From the NCBI GenBank assembly GCA_021613535.1, contig CP075494.1, positions 3,162,001 through 3,226,000 of the forward strand: a DNA stretch of 64,000 nucleotides. The letters run 5' to 3'. Shown here piece by piece: positions 1-12,115 of this stretch (position 1 is the first letter of the stretch; every line of letters begins with the position of its first letter). The position numbers and the translations under genes are program-made. This stretch comes from Adineta vaga (lineage: Eukaryota > Animalia > Rotifera). The notes under the pieces were generated by a model. It saw nothing but the letters and a program-made list of their open reading frames with translations, made no database searches and had not been told where the DNA came from.

Positions 1-710
1 TGTAGATATAGTTCGTATTTTACTACAGCGAGGTGCTAGTACTGACATTCGTAATAAATTTGATAAAACAGCAAAGGAAGAAGCATCAACAGATGAAGTT
101 CGTGCTTTATTTGCATCACTAGTAGGGAGAGAAGAAACAACGACGACATGCCTCAGTCTGAATTTGTGCAACTTTATCCAAATACAGAAAACATGGATAA
201 ATTCAAGCTAGCTACCAAAATTTTGAAAGCTAGATTAGGTTTATATCAATCTCATAAATATACCATTTCAGTTAAATCGAATTTGGAACATTTGGAGAAA
301 AAATATTGAAAAATATGTGAAGAAAAAGGGGATCAAAATGCATTACAATTAGGTAAAAATTGTTTTAAGAAATATCGTGATACGGGTAGTTTTGATCATA
401 TGATTCAATTTTATACTGCCGAATCACCTTTTATGGAATGATACATGGCGATGAAACATTTCTTCTAGAAATGTATAAACATTTACTAAATTACGATAAC
501 TACGCATATCAAGGATATACCTATCGTGGTCTTGATTTATCCGACAAAGATTTTGAACCATATCGATGGGCATTAGCACATCCAAAAAGTGTACTTGAAA
601 TGGGCAGGCTCACATCAACACATAAACGCATTGACGTAACCCTTCAATTTATAAAGCATATCAGTAATGGAAAACGGCCAGTTTTACTCAAAATCGAATT
701 CGGTGAACAA
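1..710 (+). pseudogene. Ankyrin + ADP-ribosyltransferase (ART) gene, frameshifted and 3'-truncated
   Basis: Frame 2 reads VDIVRILLQRGASTDIRNKFDKTA (ankyrin end). Frameshifts near 140 and 433, in-frame TGA near 307. ART motifs YRG and LTSTH lie in ORF 438-764; homology stops at KIEFGEQ, before the ExE motif. Confidence 0.75.
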
Positions 711-720
711 TGGATCAGAT

Positions 721-1561
721 TCACACAACAATTAGCATCTTGTGAGAAACTGGTATATTTTTGAGTTGAATTAAATGGTAACCAGTTTCTTGATCTACTG
801 TTACCTGACATACTTCAAATAGAGTACCTGATAAGAGTAATACTTCTTTTTCATGTGGATATCTTGTTATCGGTTTTCCAATACTCGAATCGATTACCGT
901 ATAACATGTGTCAGGAAAAGAAAGTTTCATTAGAACAAGCTACTTTTGAATACCCTTTTTCGCGCTGTCACTGGCTTCCTTTTCAGCGAACCAAATCGCT
1001 TTAGATTTCAACACCGACGCGGATGTCGTTGGTCTGATTTCGATCAATCGCTATATATTCTTCACACTTCACATTAATAGTAATTACACTTCAATCGCAA
1101 CAGAGTCTGCGCTATTGATCAAATTGATGAAATCCTTCAGAATCATCTTGTTTGTTGTATTTGATCGTTTTTTTCCAATAATTTATACACGTCATCACAT
1201 GTGTTTCATACCTATAGAAGAGATCAATTTGTATTTGACATTTTCTTTCATTTTGTAAATAAACTGAAATTATCAATTAACCTGGAATTTTCTAAGCAAT
1301 ATTTCATCGTCTGTGCTTGAACTGTTTTTTGTAAAGTTGCCTCTCGTTCTTCAAACATACCAATATGTTTATAAGCACCCAGATAGTTATTTTTGGGCAT
1401 ATTGTCTTCTTCACAATTGTCAACTCCTTCTCATGTAATGCAGTATACTACCGTTTGCTTCAAAGCGATTCTGAACAGTTGTCAAATCACCATTACGACA
1501 AGCTAAATAGATTTTATTCGGCGTAATCTGCTTTCTATCGTCAGAAGTCACTGTAGCCATC
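721..1561 (-). pseudogene. Second ankyrin + ART paralog, degraded
   Basis: Starts MATVTSDDRKQITPNKIYLACRNGDLTTV (ankyrin). Later segments read IEIRPTTSASV and RYPHEKEVLLLSGTLFEV (catalytic ExE). Multiple deletions and frameshifts. Confidence 0.72.
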
Positions 1562-1699
1562 TATAAAACAATCCACTCTTTATTTCCGATAAGAAAAAAG
1601 AACGAGAAATCTATTACTCTTATGTTTTGAGTTATTTATTTTCTCATTCTTTGTCAGAGCAAAAGTGTGCATAAAGTCATGCGGGAATGCAAAAAGAAA

Positions 1700-1743
1700 T
1701 TGAGGCTGTGGTTATAATCTTTAACCCACAACCACACTCTCGA
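1700..1743. repeat. Telomere-like mini-palindrome (degenerate copy)
   Basis: ttgaggctgtggttataatctttaacccacaaccacactctcga. Confidence 0.5.
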
Positions 1744-1792
1744 TATCCTGATCCTCACCTTTATTCAATTGATCGAATGAAATCAATTATAT

Positions 1793-2928
1793 TTATTTAT
1801 TATTTAAATAATTTCCGAATGGAAAGGATTTATCAATCATTTTTTTATCTCGAAGTAAACATAAAAGTCGATAACCAATTGTTGCTGCTGCGAGACATGT
1901 TATATTCGATTGATCGTATGCTGGAGACACTTCTACAATATCCATTCCAACATAATTAATTGAACGAAGACGACGAAGAATAGCAAGTGATTGTGCCATT
2001 GTTAAACCACCACATACGGGTGTTCCCGTGCCAGGAGCAAATGCTGGATCGAGACAATCAATATCGAATGTTAAATAAGTTGGATTATTTCCAACTCGAT
2101 TTCGAATTTGTTCAACAACATCGTCGATTGAATGTTGATGTACCCATTCAGCATCAAGAATTTTCACACCCATAAAATCATCATTAAATGTACGAATACC
2201 AATTTGTATTGATGTTTGAGGATCAATAAGACCTTCTCGTACAGCATAATAGAACATTGAACCATGATTAAGACTATGTGGAGATTCATCTGGCCATGTA
2301 TCACAATGTGCATCAAATTGAATAAGAGATAATGGTTTACCATGTCGTGAAACATGTGCTTTTAATAATGGATATGTTGAATAATGATCACCACCTATAT
2401 TATATATTAAACTTTTTTTTTCTCCTTTAAATAAAACTTACCAAGAGAGAGAAGAAAGACATTCTGATTAATAATTTCTTTTGCATGATTTTCAATTGCA
2501 ATTGGAACTGTATGTGGTTGACCTAAATCAAACCAACAATCTCCATAATCAACAACAGCTAAATCAGCAAAGATATCGACTCCTTCTGGATAAGATTTTC
2601 GTTTTCCTGCTTGTGCAGACGCTTCTCGAATTCCTTGTGGACCAAATCGTGCACCCGGTCGATAAGTAGTAGCTAAATCAAGTGGAATACCAGTAACAGC
2701 AACATCAACATTCGTTAAATCGCGTGTATAATTTCGACGTAGAAAGGATAATGCACCAGCATAAGTTTGTTCAATCGTTGAACCAAGTGGATTTTTTCGT
2801 CGAATAGCACCATCACCACGCATTTCTGATTGTCCGCCAGGAATTGATGAATTCCGTTTGGTCGAACTTAATGTACGACGATTCCACAACAAACTAGTGA
2901 ATAAACGTCGGTATATTACAGGTGACAT
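1793..2928 (-). CDS. speB: Agmatinase (ureohydrolase), proteobacterial type, with N-terminal presequence; 2 exons
   Basis: Intron 2395-2441 (GT-AG) joins LSLG|GDHY. Motifs GARFGP, DAHCD, NHGSMF and DIDCLDPAFAPGTGTP are present. Confidence 0.92.
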
Positions 2929-3715
2929 TCTTCTTGCTGAAATATTAATAAAACAAGAAGAAGAAAAAACAGAGTAAATTTCTTGTTATCAATGATGATG
3001 CAAATCTTGGAGATAGATAATAATAAATAAAGGTAGAAAGAGAGTAAAAAACTATTCTGTCATTGGGAGTTTAATTTAGTTTTAAGGTCTATATGAGTAT
3101 CTTCTTTTGGAACTTATTCTTTCTTCACACACGTATTCGTATTATTACAATGAACTATATTGGCTTATCTATCTATCAGTTAGATATGTGTTTTATTAGG
3201 ATAGTCTTTTCGATAACTTATTCGAAGCAAAACAATAGCGACGTAGAAAACTTTTCTAGATATACGTGAATATTAGTTGATACAGTGAATTTCTATTATA
3301 ATTCTAAAGGATAGAGCCTTGTACTTTTGATTGAATATAAAACGATTGAGTAGAATCGATTCTATTGTTTTTTGATAAAAAGTATTTTCTAAACTGATAG
3401 CTTTATCTTTATCTTAAAAATGCGTTTATGTCCGTTTGATTACATCGACCATTACAGACGTATCCAGATAGAACAATTGTATTTATGAAGAAATTAAAGA
3501 ATAAAGTAAGTTTGATAATTCGAATTATAATATTCATCAAGTATAGCGTTGAAAGAAAAGAAAAGTTGATCTTGTCGTTAATTGGTGACATCTTTTGTTA
3601 TTCATATAATGCATTGATTTGATGAATATATGACAGATGAATGCACCTTATCTTATTATGATATAAAACAAAACAAAAACTATTTTTATCTTTCATTAAC
3701 AAGAGAAAAACAACG

Positions 3716-5604
3716 ATGACTGAAAGTGCTGCTCCAGTCGTAAGTGAATCTCCATCTGTAATAAAACGTTGGGAACATGATTATTCCGTAACGAAAGTGG
3801 ATGAAATTGAATATGATTATATTATCATTGGATCAGGATCAGCTGGTTCAGTTTTAGCAAATCGTTTATCAGAAGATGAAACAAAACAAGTTCTTCTAAT
3901 TGAAGCAGGTGGTGTTGATACCAAAGATGAAATTCATATACCAGCTGCATGGTTTGTTCATTTGAGAAAATGAATAAAAAAATCCAATCGAAATCTTTTA
4001 TTTTTTTTTAGTGGAAATTGTCAACGTGGTGAAATTGATTGGCAATATAAAACAACTCCACAAAAATATTCTCATTTCGCATGTAAAGATCAAAGAGGTA
4101 ATTGGCCACGTGGTAAAGTTTTAGGTGGTTGTTCATCAATCAACTATATGCAATATGTTCGTGGTGATCCAAATGATTATAATAATTGGAATTTATCGGA
4201 ATGGACATTTGATATCATGTTGAAATATTTTAAGAAATTAGAACGTGCTGATCCAAAAACAATTCCATTGAATTCAAAATATCGAAATCATGATGAAAAA
4301 AATGGAATGGTTGATGCTGTTTCATATGAAGATTGTAATGAATTAAATCATTTATTTATTCAATCATCAATTCAAAATGGTTTTCATCAAACAAATGATT
4401 ATAATGCAGAAGATTCATTGAATGGATGTGTAGCAATTTCACAATATTCAATTAAAAATGGTAAACGTTGGTCAACTGCAAGTGCGTATTTACTTAATGC
4501 TGTTAAACGAAAGAATTTCCATTTATTAATTCATGCATATACAACGAAAGTTTGTTTTGATGAGAAGAAAAATGCCAATGGTTTGTTGATATTCTTTGAA
4601 AATTCAATTTTTTCGAAAGATTTTCTTTAGGTGTGATGATTCGTCGAGAGAAATCTTTAGATCACGATGAATTCATACGTGGAAAAGAAATTATTTTATC
4701 AGCTGGTACAGTAGGAAGTCCACAAATTCTTCTTCTATCAGGAATTGGTCCTCGAGAACAATTAGAAAAACATCAAATTCCAATCGTTGTTGATTTACCC
4801 GGTGTTGGGAAGAATCTTCAAGATCATTTAATAACACCATTATTTTACTTAACTTCCATTCGAACACTTTCACAATTTGATTTAACTCAAGAAAATTTAA
4901 TCAATTGGGCGACGAAGGGTAAAGGTGTATTAACTTCAGGTGTAGTTGAATCAGAATCTTGGTGTCAAGTTGATTCGAAAAAGAATAATGTTCCGGATAT
5001 CCAAACACATTTTTGTCCAATAAGAATTGATAAAGATTTACTTACAAATTTTAATTATAAAGATGAAATATTTACGAAATATTTTGAAACAAAATTGTCA
5101 AATGAAAATCAATGGGGACTTGTTTGTTTTCCAACACTTCTTCATCCGCAATCTACAGGAGAAATTCTTCTTTCCAGTTCAAATCCATTAGATCATCCGA
5201 TTATAAGCCCGAATTATTTAGAAAACTATAAAGATGTTCAAAAATTAATCAAAGCTTGTCAATTATTTAATAAAATCTTTGAAACTGAACCATTAAAAAG
5301 TGTTACTCAATCATTAACTGAAGAAATGAATGAAGATTTGAACAAATCAGAAAATGAAGAGAAATTTTGGGAATCACATATAAGAAAATATTCTCTTACT
5401 GTTTATCATCCAGTTGGAACATGTAAAATGGGTTTAGAAAATGATCCTATGACTGTTGTTACCCAAGATACAAAAGTTAAAGGTGTTCAAGGTTTACGTG
5501 TTATTGATGCAAGTATTATTCCAATACTTATTTCTGGAAATACAAATATTCCAACAATTGCAATCGCGGAAAGAGCAGCTGATTTAATTCGAAATTTTAT
5601 TTGA
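3716..5604 (+). CDS. GMC oxidoreductase (choline/alcohol dehydrogenase-like); 3 exons
   Basis: GSGSAG FAD motif, [32 protein letters not shown]. Introns 3952-4011 and 4581-4630 restore the frame. Confidence 0.93.
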
Positions 5605-5711
5605 TTTCTTTTGAAAGAACAGAAAAAAAAACATTTTCCTTTAGTTTTTTTTCTTCTCTCTTCATATATCGATAAATAAAAAGAAAAGAAAGAAACGAAA
5701 GCATCGTGTTT

Positions 5712-6393
5712 TTAATGACCAAAACAAATTCCAAACATGGCAAATATATAAGTAACTCCATAAACAATACAAGTTATAATCATTGCTCCTGCTAAACCGA
5801 TTTGAACTTTTAAATAAGTTAATTTTTCTGTTGGAGGTGATGATGAACATGGATCAACAACAGTTTGAACACCATTGATAGTTACAGGTGAACATTCATT
5901 AGCAATTGTTTCATAATTTTGATTGAAACTTTTCATATCACGTAATGCACAACATAAATTATCACCAAGATAACATTTACATAAATTATCTTGAAAATAA
6001 ACATCAAAATAAATAATAACACCCGATACCAAAACACATAAAACTAAAAAATATAAAATTTCTTTGAGTCTTTTTCTCGCCTATTCCATATCTTACTGTG
6101 TAATACTAGAATATATGTTGCACAACATCGACCACGACAGCAGCAACCTTATAAAAACGAAAACAAAAACTTATTTCGAAAACAAAAAAAAACATGTCTT
6201 TACTCATAATAAACATCATAATCAATGTTGGAATATAAAACAATGCTGACCAAAATCCCGCCCAAATTGTTCCATGTGAAACATTATTATAAAATGATCC
6301 GAGTTCTGTCCCAATGATCGCTAATGTTAATACAAGTTCTACAACGGCGAAAAGTAAACATAACCAACGAGGATATCGTTCTTTAAAACCCAT
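5712..6393 (-). CDS. Small multi-pass membrane protein (MS4A/CD20-like topology) with Cys-rich loop; about 3 exons
   Basis: Hydrophobic helices, GTIWAGFWS, two short introns linking ORFs 6106-6393 and 5712-6032. Confidence 0.65.
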
Positions 6394-6539
6394 TTCTGCT
6401 TAGTTTATTCAACAAATGATTTATTCAAAAAAAAAGTCAGGATTTCGATTTTTCTTTTTCTCTTTTCTTTCAAGCAAATATTTTTCTTTTGACGTGGGTG
6501 AACAAGAAAAAAATTTACTCAAAGTTCTCTTCGTTTTGA

Positions 6540-7461
6540 TTAATTGAGAATTCGTTTGAGATCTTGTTTAAGATGAGTTAAAACTTCTGTTTGACATTCC
6601 GCTTGAAAATGATGATGACCAGGAAACATTTGAACACGAAAAAGATCTTTTTTATTAGTTAACTCTTTCCAACGAGTTAAAAACGCTTCATCCACATTTT
6701 CTTCTTTTTCACCTCCGTAAACAATGATTGGAATATCTAATGGAACTTCTTCTGATAATCCATCTGCTACTTTCGAATCAGCTCGTAACATTGGTAAAAT
6801 CATTTTCATATAATCCGGATAATCATAAATTGGTCTTGTCGCTGCATCTAAACGAAAAGAAGATGAAGAATTCGGATTTTATATAAAAGAAAATATTTAC
6901 CAGCCATTTGTTTTAAATGATCAATGACTTGTTGATCAGTCATTTCATCATATGGTATATCGGGATCTTTTAAATGTGGTGGTCCTCGTCCCATTTCGAT
7001 TAGTAATTTAAGAAAATTTCCTTTATTTTTCGTTTCAATCATCTGTCGAGCTAGTTCATAGCTAATTGCACTTCCAAGACTATAGAATAAAGAAAGATAA
7101 GGAATAAATGTAGAGAATAAGATCACCTATGTCCAATAAAGATGCATGGTTTGTTAATAAATGGTAGAAGACCATTGGTTAATTGTTGAAGATATTCTTT
7201 CATTGTTGTTAAACATTTCTCACCAAATCTTGATGCTCTTCCAGGATAGATTACGATTGAAAATTCATATTCAGGAAAATCTTTATCCCATTCACGATAA
7301 TATTGACCTTTACAACAAACAATTTATCAATTTATTTGAATAGAAATATAACAAAGACCTGGTGCACCCGCAGATGGAAAAATAAAAACTTGATATTTCG
7401 ATTGCGGACGTGAATGACAAACTTCAAACCATGGATGAAGATTTTTTGTATTAGAAGCCAT
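6540..7461 (-). CDS. Type II thioesterase (GrsT/RifR-like alpha/beta hydrolase); multi-exon
   Basis: ATG at 7461. FPSAGAP|GQYYREW, YPGRASRF, GHS|LG nucleophile split by an intron, LPMLRAD, FPGHHHF. Confidence 0.88.
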
Positions 7462-7783
7462 TTGAATGTCTATACTCGTGTGACGAAAAAAGAATCAAAT
7501 GGATTGATTTCTATTCATTAAAAAAAATATCGTTTTCATTCATCCGTAACCAAATGATATCTTTTCATTCAATGATAGACAGAGAAAAGAAAAAAAACAA
7601 CAAGGACAACTAACCTTGTATTAAATTTGTACTTAAATCGATTATAAAAGTTTAATTTAAAGAGTTTATTGTTATCTGAATAAACTCGATAAACATAAGA
7701 ATATTTTATCTTATCTTTCTCTTTCGTTTAGAGAATAAAACACCTTATGAAGTTTATTTTTCATATTTCAAAATAAAAACAAA

Positions 7784-9268
7784 ATGGACTTGAATCAACG
7801 TGGACGGAGTTTATCCTATCCAGAATATAAATTATATCGTCGTCGGTTTTATGTACTATTTGTTTTTTCATTTTTATCATTTAATCAATGTTTATTTTGG
7901 ATAACTTTCTCTCCAATCTATAATGAAACTAAAGAACATTATAATATAACTGAATCAACAATTGATCTATTATTAGCTTGGGGTCCTATTTGTTTTCTTC
8001 CATGTTTACCGTTAACATATATTCTATTAAATCGATCCAATGGTCTTCGCTATTGTGTTTTATTACTCGGAATTATTCCGTTAATCGCCACAATAATTCG
8101 CATAATTCCTTATATGATCATCTCATCAACTGATCCTCGATTTCCCTCGATATCATTACCGTTTTTACATGTTGGTCAAATCTTTAATTCAATATGTGGT
8201 CCATTAGCAATGGCACCTGTTTCACAAATTTCAAGTCTATGGTTTGATACAAATGAGCGAACACGTGCAACGACAATTGCAATTATGTCGTATAATTTAG
8301 GATCTACAACTGGCTTTCTTCTAGGTCCATCTGTTGTCTATGTATCCTCACATCTTCCAAATCTTCTTTATATTCATGTTGGTCTTGCATTAATTGGATG
8401 TATTCTTGTTTTAATTTATTTTCCCGGTCAACCTCCAACTCCGCCATCACCCGCCGCAGAATTATTAATAAAACATTCGAATAATAAGAAAGAAAATGAG
8501 CAAAATTTGCGATCTTATTTTGATAATTTAATTCAATGTTTTCGAACACGTTCATTTGTATTTCTTGTTTTAGCTGGTGGACTGATTGGTGGAACATTTG
8601 GAGCTTGGACGAGTTTATTTGATATTATTTTAACACCGGAACATTATACCGATAAACAAACAGGTTGGTTTGGATTTTGTACATCAATTGCGGAAATTAT
8701 TGGTGGAATCAGTTTGGGAATACTTGCTGATATGCCACGCTTTCATCATTCATTTAAAATTTTAATCTTAATATCATATTGTTGTTATTTTTTGTCAGTT
8801 TGCTGGTTTAATTTATCGATAGGATCATTATTATCTTCATCAAAACTTCTTCCATCAAATTGGTTAACAATTGGAATATCTGTAACATTAGCTGGCTTTT
8901 TCCAAGGATCAGCATTACCATTAACCTATGAATCAATCGCTGAAATCATGTATCCATTACCTGAATCTTTATCAGCATCAATACTTGTAGAATTTATTAA
9001 TTTAACTACATTAGCTTTATATTTTATTGCACCAAATCATTCGAAATTGATGAATTTTATTATTTGTATAATTATTTTTATTTGTATTATTTTGATAGTT
9101 TTTACAAAATTTTCCTATAAACGACGTGATGCTGATCGAACAAAACGACATACATTAGTACAAATGGATATAAATCTTCTAGAAAATCAATTGGATGATA
9201 TTCAATTGAATTCAGTTCATATTACATCATTTACTAATCCAATCATTGATTTACAAAATGAATCTTAA
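7784..9268 (+). CDS. MFS transporter, SLC49 (FLVCR/DIRC2)-like; single exon
   Basis: 494 aa with about 12 TM segments; YKLYRRRFYVL, WITFSPI, SLWFDTNERTRATTI, PPTPPS. Confidence 0.88.
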   Translation: MDLNQRGRSLSYPEYKLYRRRFYVLFVFSFLSFNQCLFWITFSPIYNETKEHYNITESTIDLLLAWGPICFLPCLPLTYILLNRSNGLRYCVLLLGIIPLIATIIRIIPYMIISSTDPRFPSISLPFLHVGQIFNSICGPLAMAPVSQISSLWFDTNERTRATTIAIMSYNLGSTTGFLLGPSVVYVSSHLPNLLYIHVGLALIGCILVLIYFPGQPPTPPSPAAELLIKHSNNKKENEQNLRSYFDNLIQCFRTRSFVFLVLAGGLIGGTFGAWTSLFDIILTPEHYTDKQTGWFGFCTSIAEIIGGISLGILADMPRFHHSFKILILISYCCYFLSVCWFNLSIGSLLSSSKLLPSNWLTIGISVTLAGFFQGSALPLTYESIAEIMYPLPESLSASILVEFINLTTLALYFIAPNHSKLMNFIICIIIFICIILIVFTKFSYKRRDADRTKRHTLVQMDINLLENQLDDIQLNSVHITSFTNPIIDLQNES

Positions 9269-9321
9269 CTTTTTATTTTTTTTAATGAAATCAAACATTC
9301 TCTATATGTTCATCATATGAA

Positions 9322-10182
9322 TTATTTATTGATATTATAAAGTGATTGAATTCTTGTTTGAAATTGTTTTTGTACATTCATACGACGTGTTTTAAGCGTC
9401 ATAGTAAGAAGACCATTTTCTAATGAGAATGGTTCAGAATGAAGATAAATATTACTTGGAATTTCGAAATATTTAAACTTATTTTCTTGAGCCAAACGAA
9501 TTAAATCCGATAAAATAATTTCTTTCAATTTCTCATCTTTACATATATCAATAAATGTTGTTGTTGAATTGAAATTTTTTCGTACAAACGTTTCATCTGG
9601 TATAACAATGGCAACGACAGTTGATTCTGTTGATAATCCATCGATAAAGATTTGTTCAATCCATGGAGAACGAATATAAACATCTTCAAGACGTTCTGGT
9701 GCAATATATGTACCTTGACTTAATCTAAATATATGTTTTGTACGATCAATAATACGTAATGCTCCATTATTTACCCATTCTCCAACATCACCTGTATGTA
9801 ACCAACCATCTTCATCAATTGTTTCATGTGTTTTGATTTCATCATTGTAATAACCTTTAAAAATCGTTGGTCCTCGAAGACAAATTTCTCCTTGATGCAT
9901 TTCACTTCGATAATTTGTATGTGGAACATCAATCAGTTTGATTTCCACAGTGGCAACAGGTGAACCAACAATATCGAATGATGTATCACCAGCATGAGTA
10001 CTCGTACCACAAGCAGTTGATTCAGTTTGTCCAAATCCAGTCATAATTGGAATATTTAATGCCATACGAAAGAAATGTAATACGTCACGTGTAATTGGCG
10101 CTGATCCAGTAAATATTGCTTTTAATTCTCCACCGAATAATTGTTTAACTTTCGAAAAGATTAAACGAGATAACCGCCAGGA
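9322..10182 (-). pseudogene. Long-chain acyl-CoA synthetase, C-terminal half only
   Basis: TGSAP, GFGQTES, GEICLRG, GWLHTGDVG, IIDRTK. The N-terminal half with the YTSGTTG P-loop is absent from the window; coding sequence abuts a MITE at 10183. Confidence 0.85.
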
Positions 10183-10583
10183 TAGGGATGCACCAAATCC
10201 AAATTCAATTCCAGAATTGCATTTGACTGGTTTGACAAGAATTGACAGAATCTGAGCGTGTGAATATGAACGAGAGCGCATATGTGGGTATAGATGTGCG
10301 ATAGGTGCAGACGGGGCATTATGTGAGGCTTTGGATAGTAATATATCAGGATATCTTTCCTATCCCGATACTCACGTACATACATTGACTTCACCCACTC
10401 TCACATGTATCCATTTTTACTCACCGATACGGTCACCATCATTGTCAAACTGCATATCGACACAAATCGTCGCTTACTACCATTCAAGTAAAATCTGGTC
10501 AGATCCAGTCAAATCCAAATCTTGTGAAGTCTAGTCAAATCCTAGATTTGGATTTGACTTGAATTGGGTTTGGTGCACCCATA
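10183..10583. mobile_element. Non-autonomous hAT/Ac-like MITE, no TSD
   Basis: Left end tagggatgcaccaaatccaaattcaa; right end (reverse complement) tatgggtgcaccaaacccaattcaa. Internal ggatttgact-type repeats. Flanks cgccagga and ttaatgtt do not match. Confidence 0.72.
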
Positions 10584-10900
10584 TTAATGTTCGAATCCTG
10601 ATTTTGGTATTGATGGATTTTGAGTTTTAATTGGAAGTTTTCAATAAAAAAGATTTTGAAATCGTTGTTGGAGCTAAAATTACTTTTCGAAAGTTCGACT
10701 AGTTATAACTTGAGTTGAAACCGTTTAAACAATGGAAAAACTTAATGAAAAAATTCTTTGTTATAACCGAGACAGTTTTAACTCCAACAGTGATTGAAAT
10801 GTACCATAATGATCGAGATGTTCAAATATTTCATAAATAATTTCATTAGATAAATCTTCGAATTTGTTAACCAGGCTTCGTAATCGTCCTATGTTTCCTA
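10584..10900 (-). pseudogene. F-box-like gene 5' fragment
   Basis: NKFEDLSNEIIYEIFEHLD followed by stops; ends at the MITE. Confidence 0.55.
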
Positions 10901-11639
10901 TATATAATAGAAAATTAAAGATTTTTTTCAAAAATAAGCATATTTTAATTAGAAACATAACTTTTATTTCCCTTTGCTTTCCTTTAGAATGGGTTTTGTT
11001 GAAAGCCATTCTCAGTTAATGGTTCAAAAGTCTTTTTTCTATTTCTTGCTAAACATAAATGAGAATTATGTATGATTTCAAAAGCACTGCAATGTATACG
11101 AGCATATTTCAAGTTTTACAGTGAGAAAACATCATCCTATATAATCCTATATTTTGACGAGGAACCGCTACGAAGTCTGTTGTTAACTTAAACAAAAGAA
11201 AAGAATTTGTAAAACGAAAATTTACATATCTGTTTTGCAATAACTACTTTATCGTTTGTACGAAGAACGACAAAACATGTGACACGAACAAAAGACAATA
11301 AATCAATAGAAAAAAAAAAGAACATGTTGAAGAAATTCTCTAAATATTAACAAAAAACTATGAATTGATTAATTTTCATTTTAAATATGACGATGATTTG
11401 TAATATTATTTTAAAATTTACACCCATATTCTCGCATTTATTTCAATGAATATCTTGACGTCAGAATCTATTTCAATCAATAAAATTCTTCCGGATATAT
11501 TTTGATCATATTAGTTAAAAATTTTTTCTTTGATATTTTCAAAATCTATAAAGGATATCACTGGAAGATAAAACAATCTAAGAGTCAATCTGGATAAAAT
11601 CTTTCATTAAAAACAACTATGTTTTTCGAACACAATAAA

Positions 11640-12000
11640 ATAGACATAAAGATCTTAAACTAATTAATTCTTTTCGAAAGTTTTTTTACGTTAATGTAAA
11701 TGCTAAAACTAAAAACAAAAACACGATACATATAAACGAGAAGTTGTGATATTTCATTAAAAATTTGACTAAATTTTCTTATATGAATATTACATTGAAC
11801 TAAGAGTATAACAATAGCAAGAACAAAATAAACTCGAGTCATTTGAAGACTCGTATGAGGAGTTATATATCCTTGAATTTTACAAAATATCAATGAATAA
11901 TTCTTTGAATAAATATTATTCAATACAGATGAAATGTTGGAATTAAACCAAATAATAAAGAAACAAGACTACTAAATGATGCTGCAAGAAAATCGATGTG
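11640..12000 (-). pseudogene. Orphan GPCR fragment (TM2-TM3)
   Basis: FLAASFSSLVSLLFGLIPTF then (frameshift) YSLIFCKIQGYI..SLQMTR, resembling class A GPCR ECL1/TM3 Cys. Confidence 0.45.
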
Positions 12001-12115
12001 ACAAATATCAAATTTAAAGCTTAAGGAAATCTTGTCCATCATTTTTTCTAGGTCATCAAATTTGTTTTTGGTGATATCATCAATAACATTCACAAAAAAA
12101 AATATATTTATGTAG

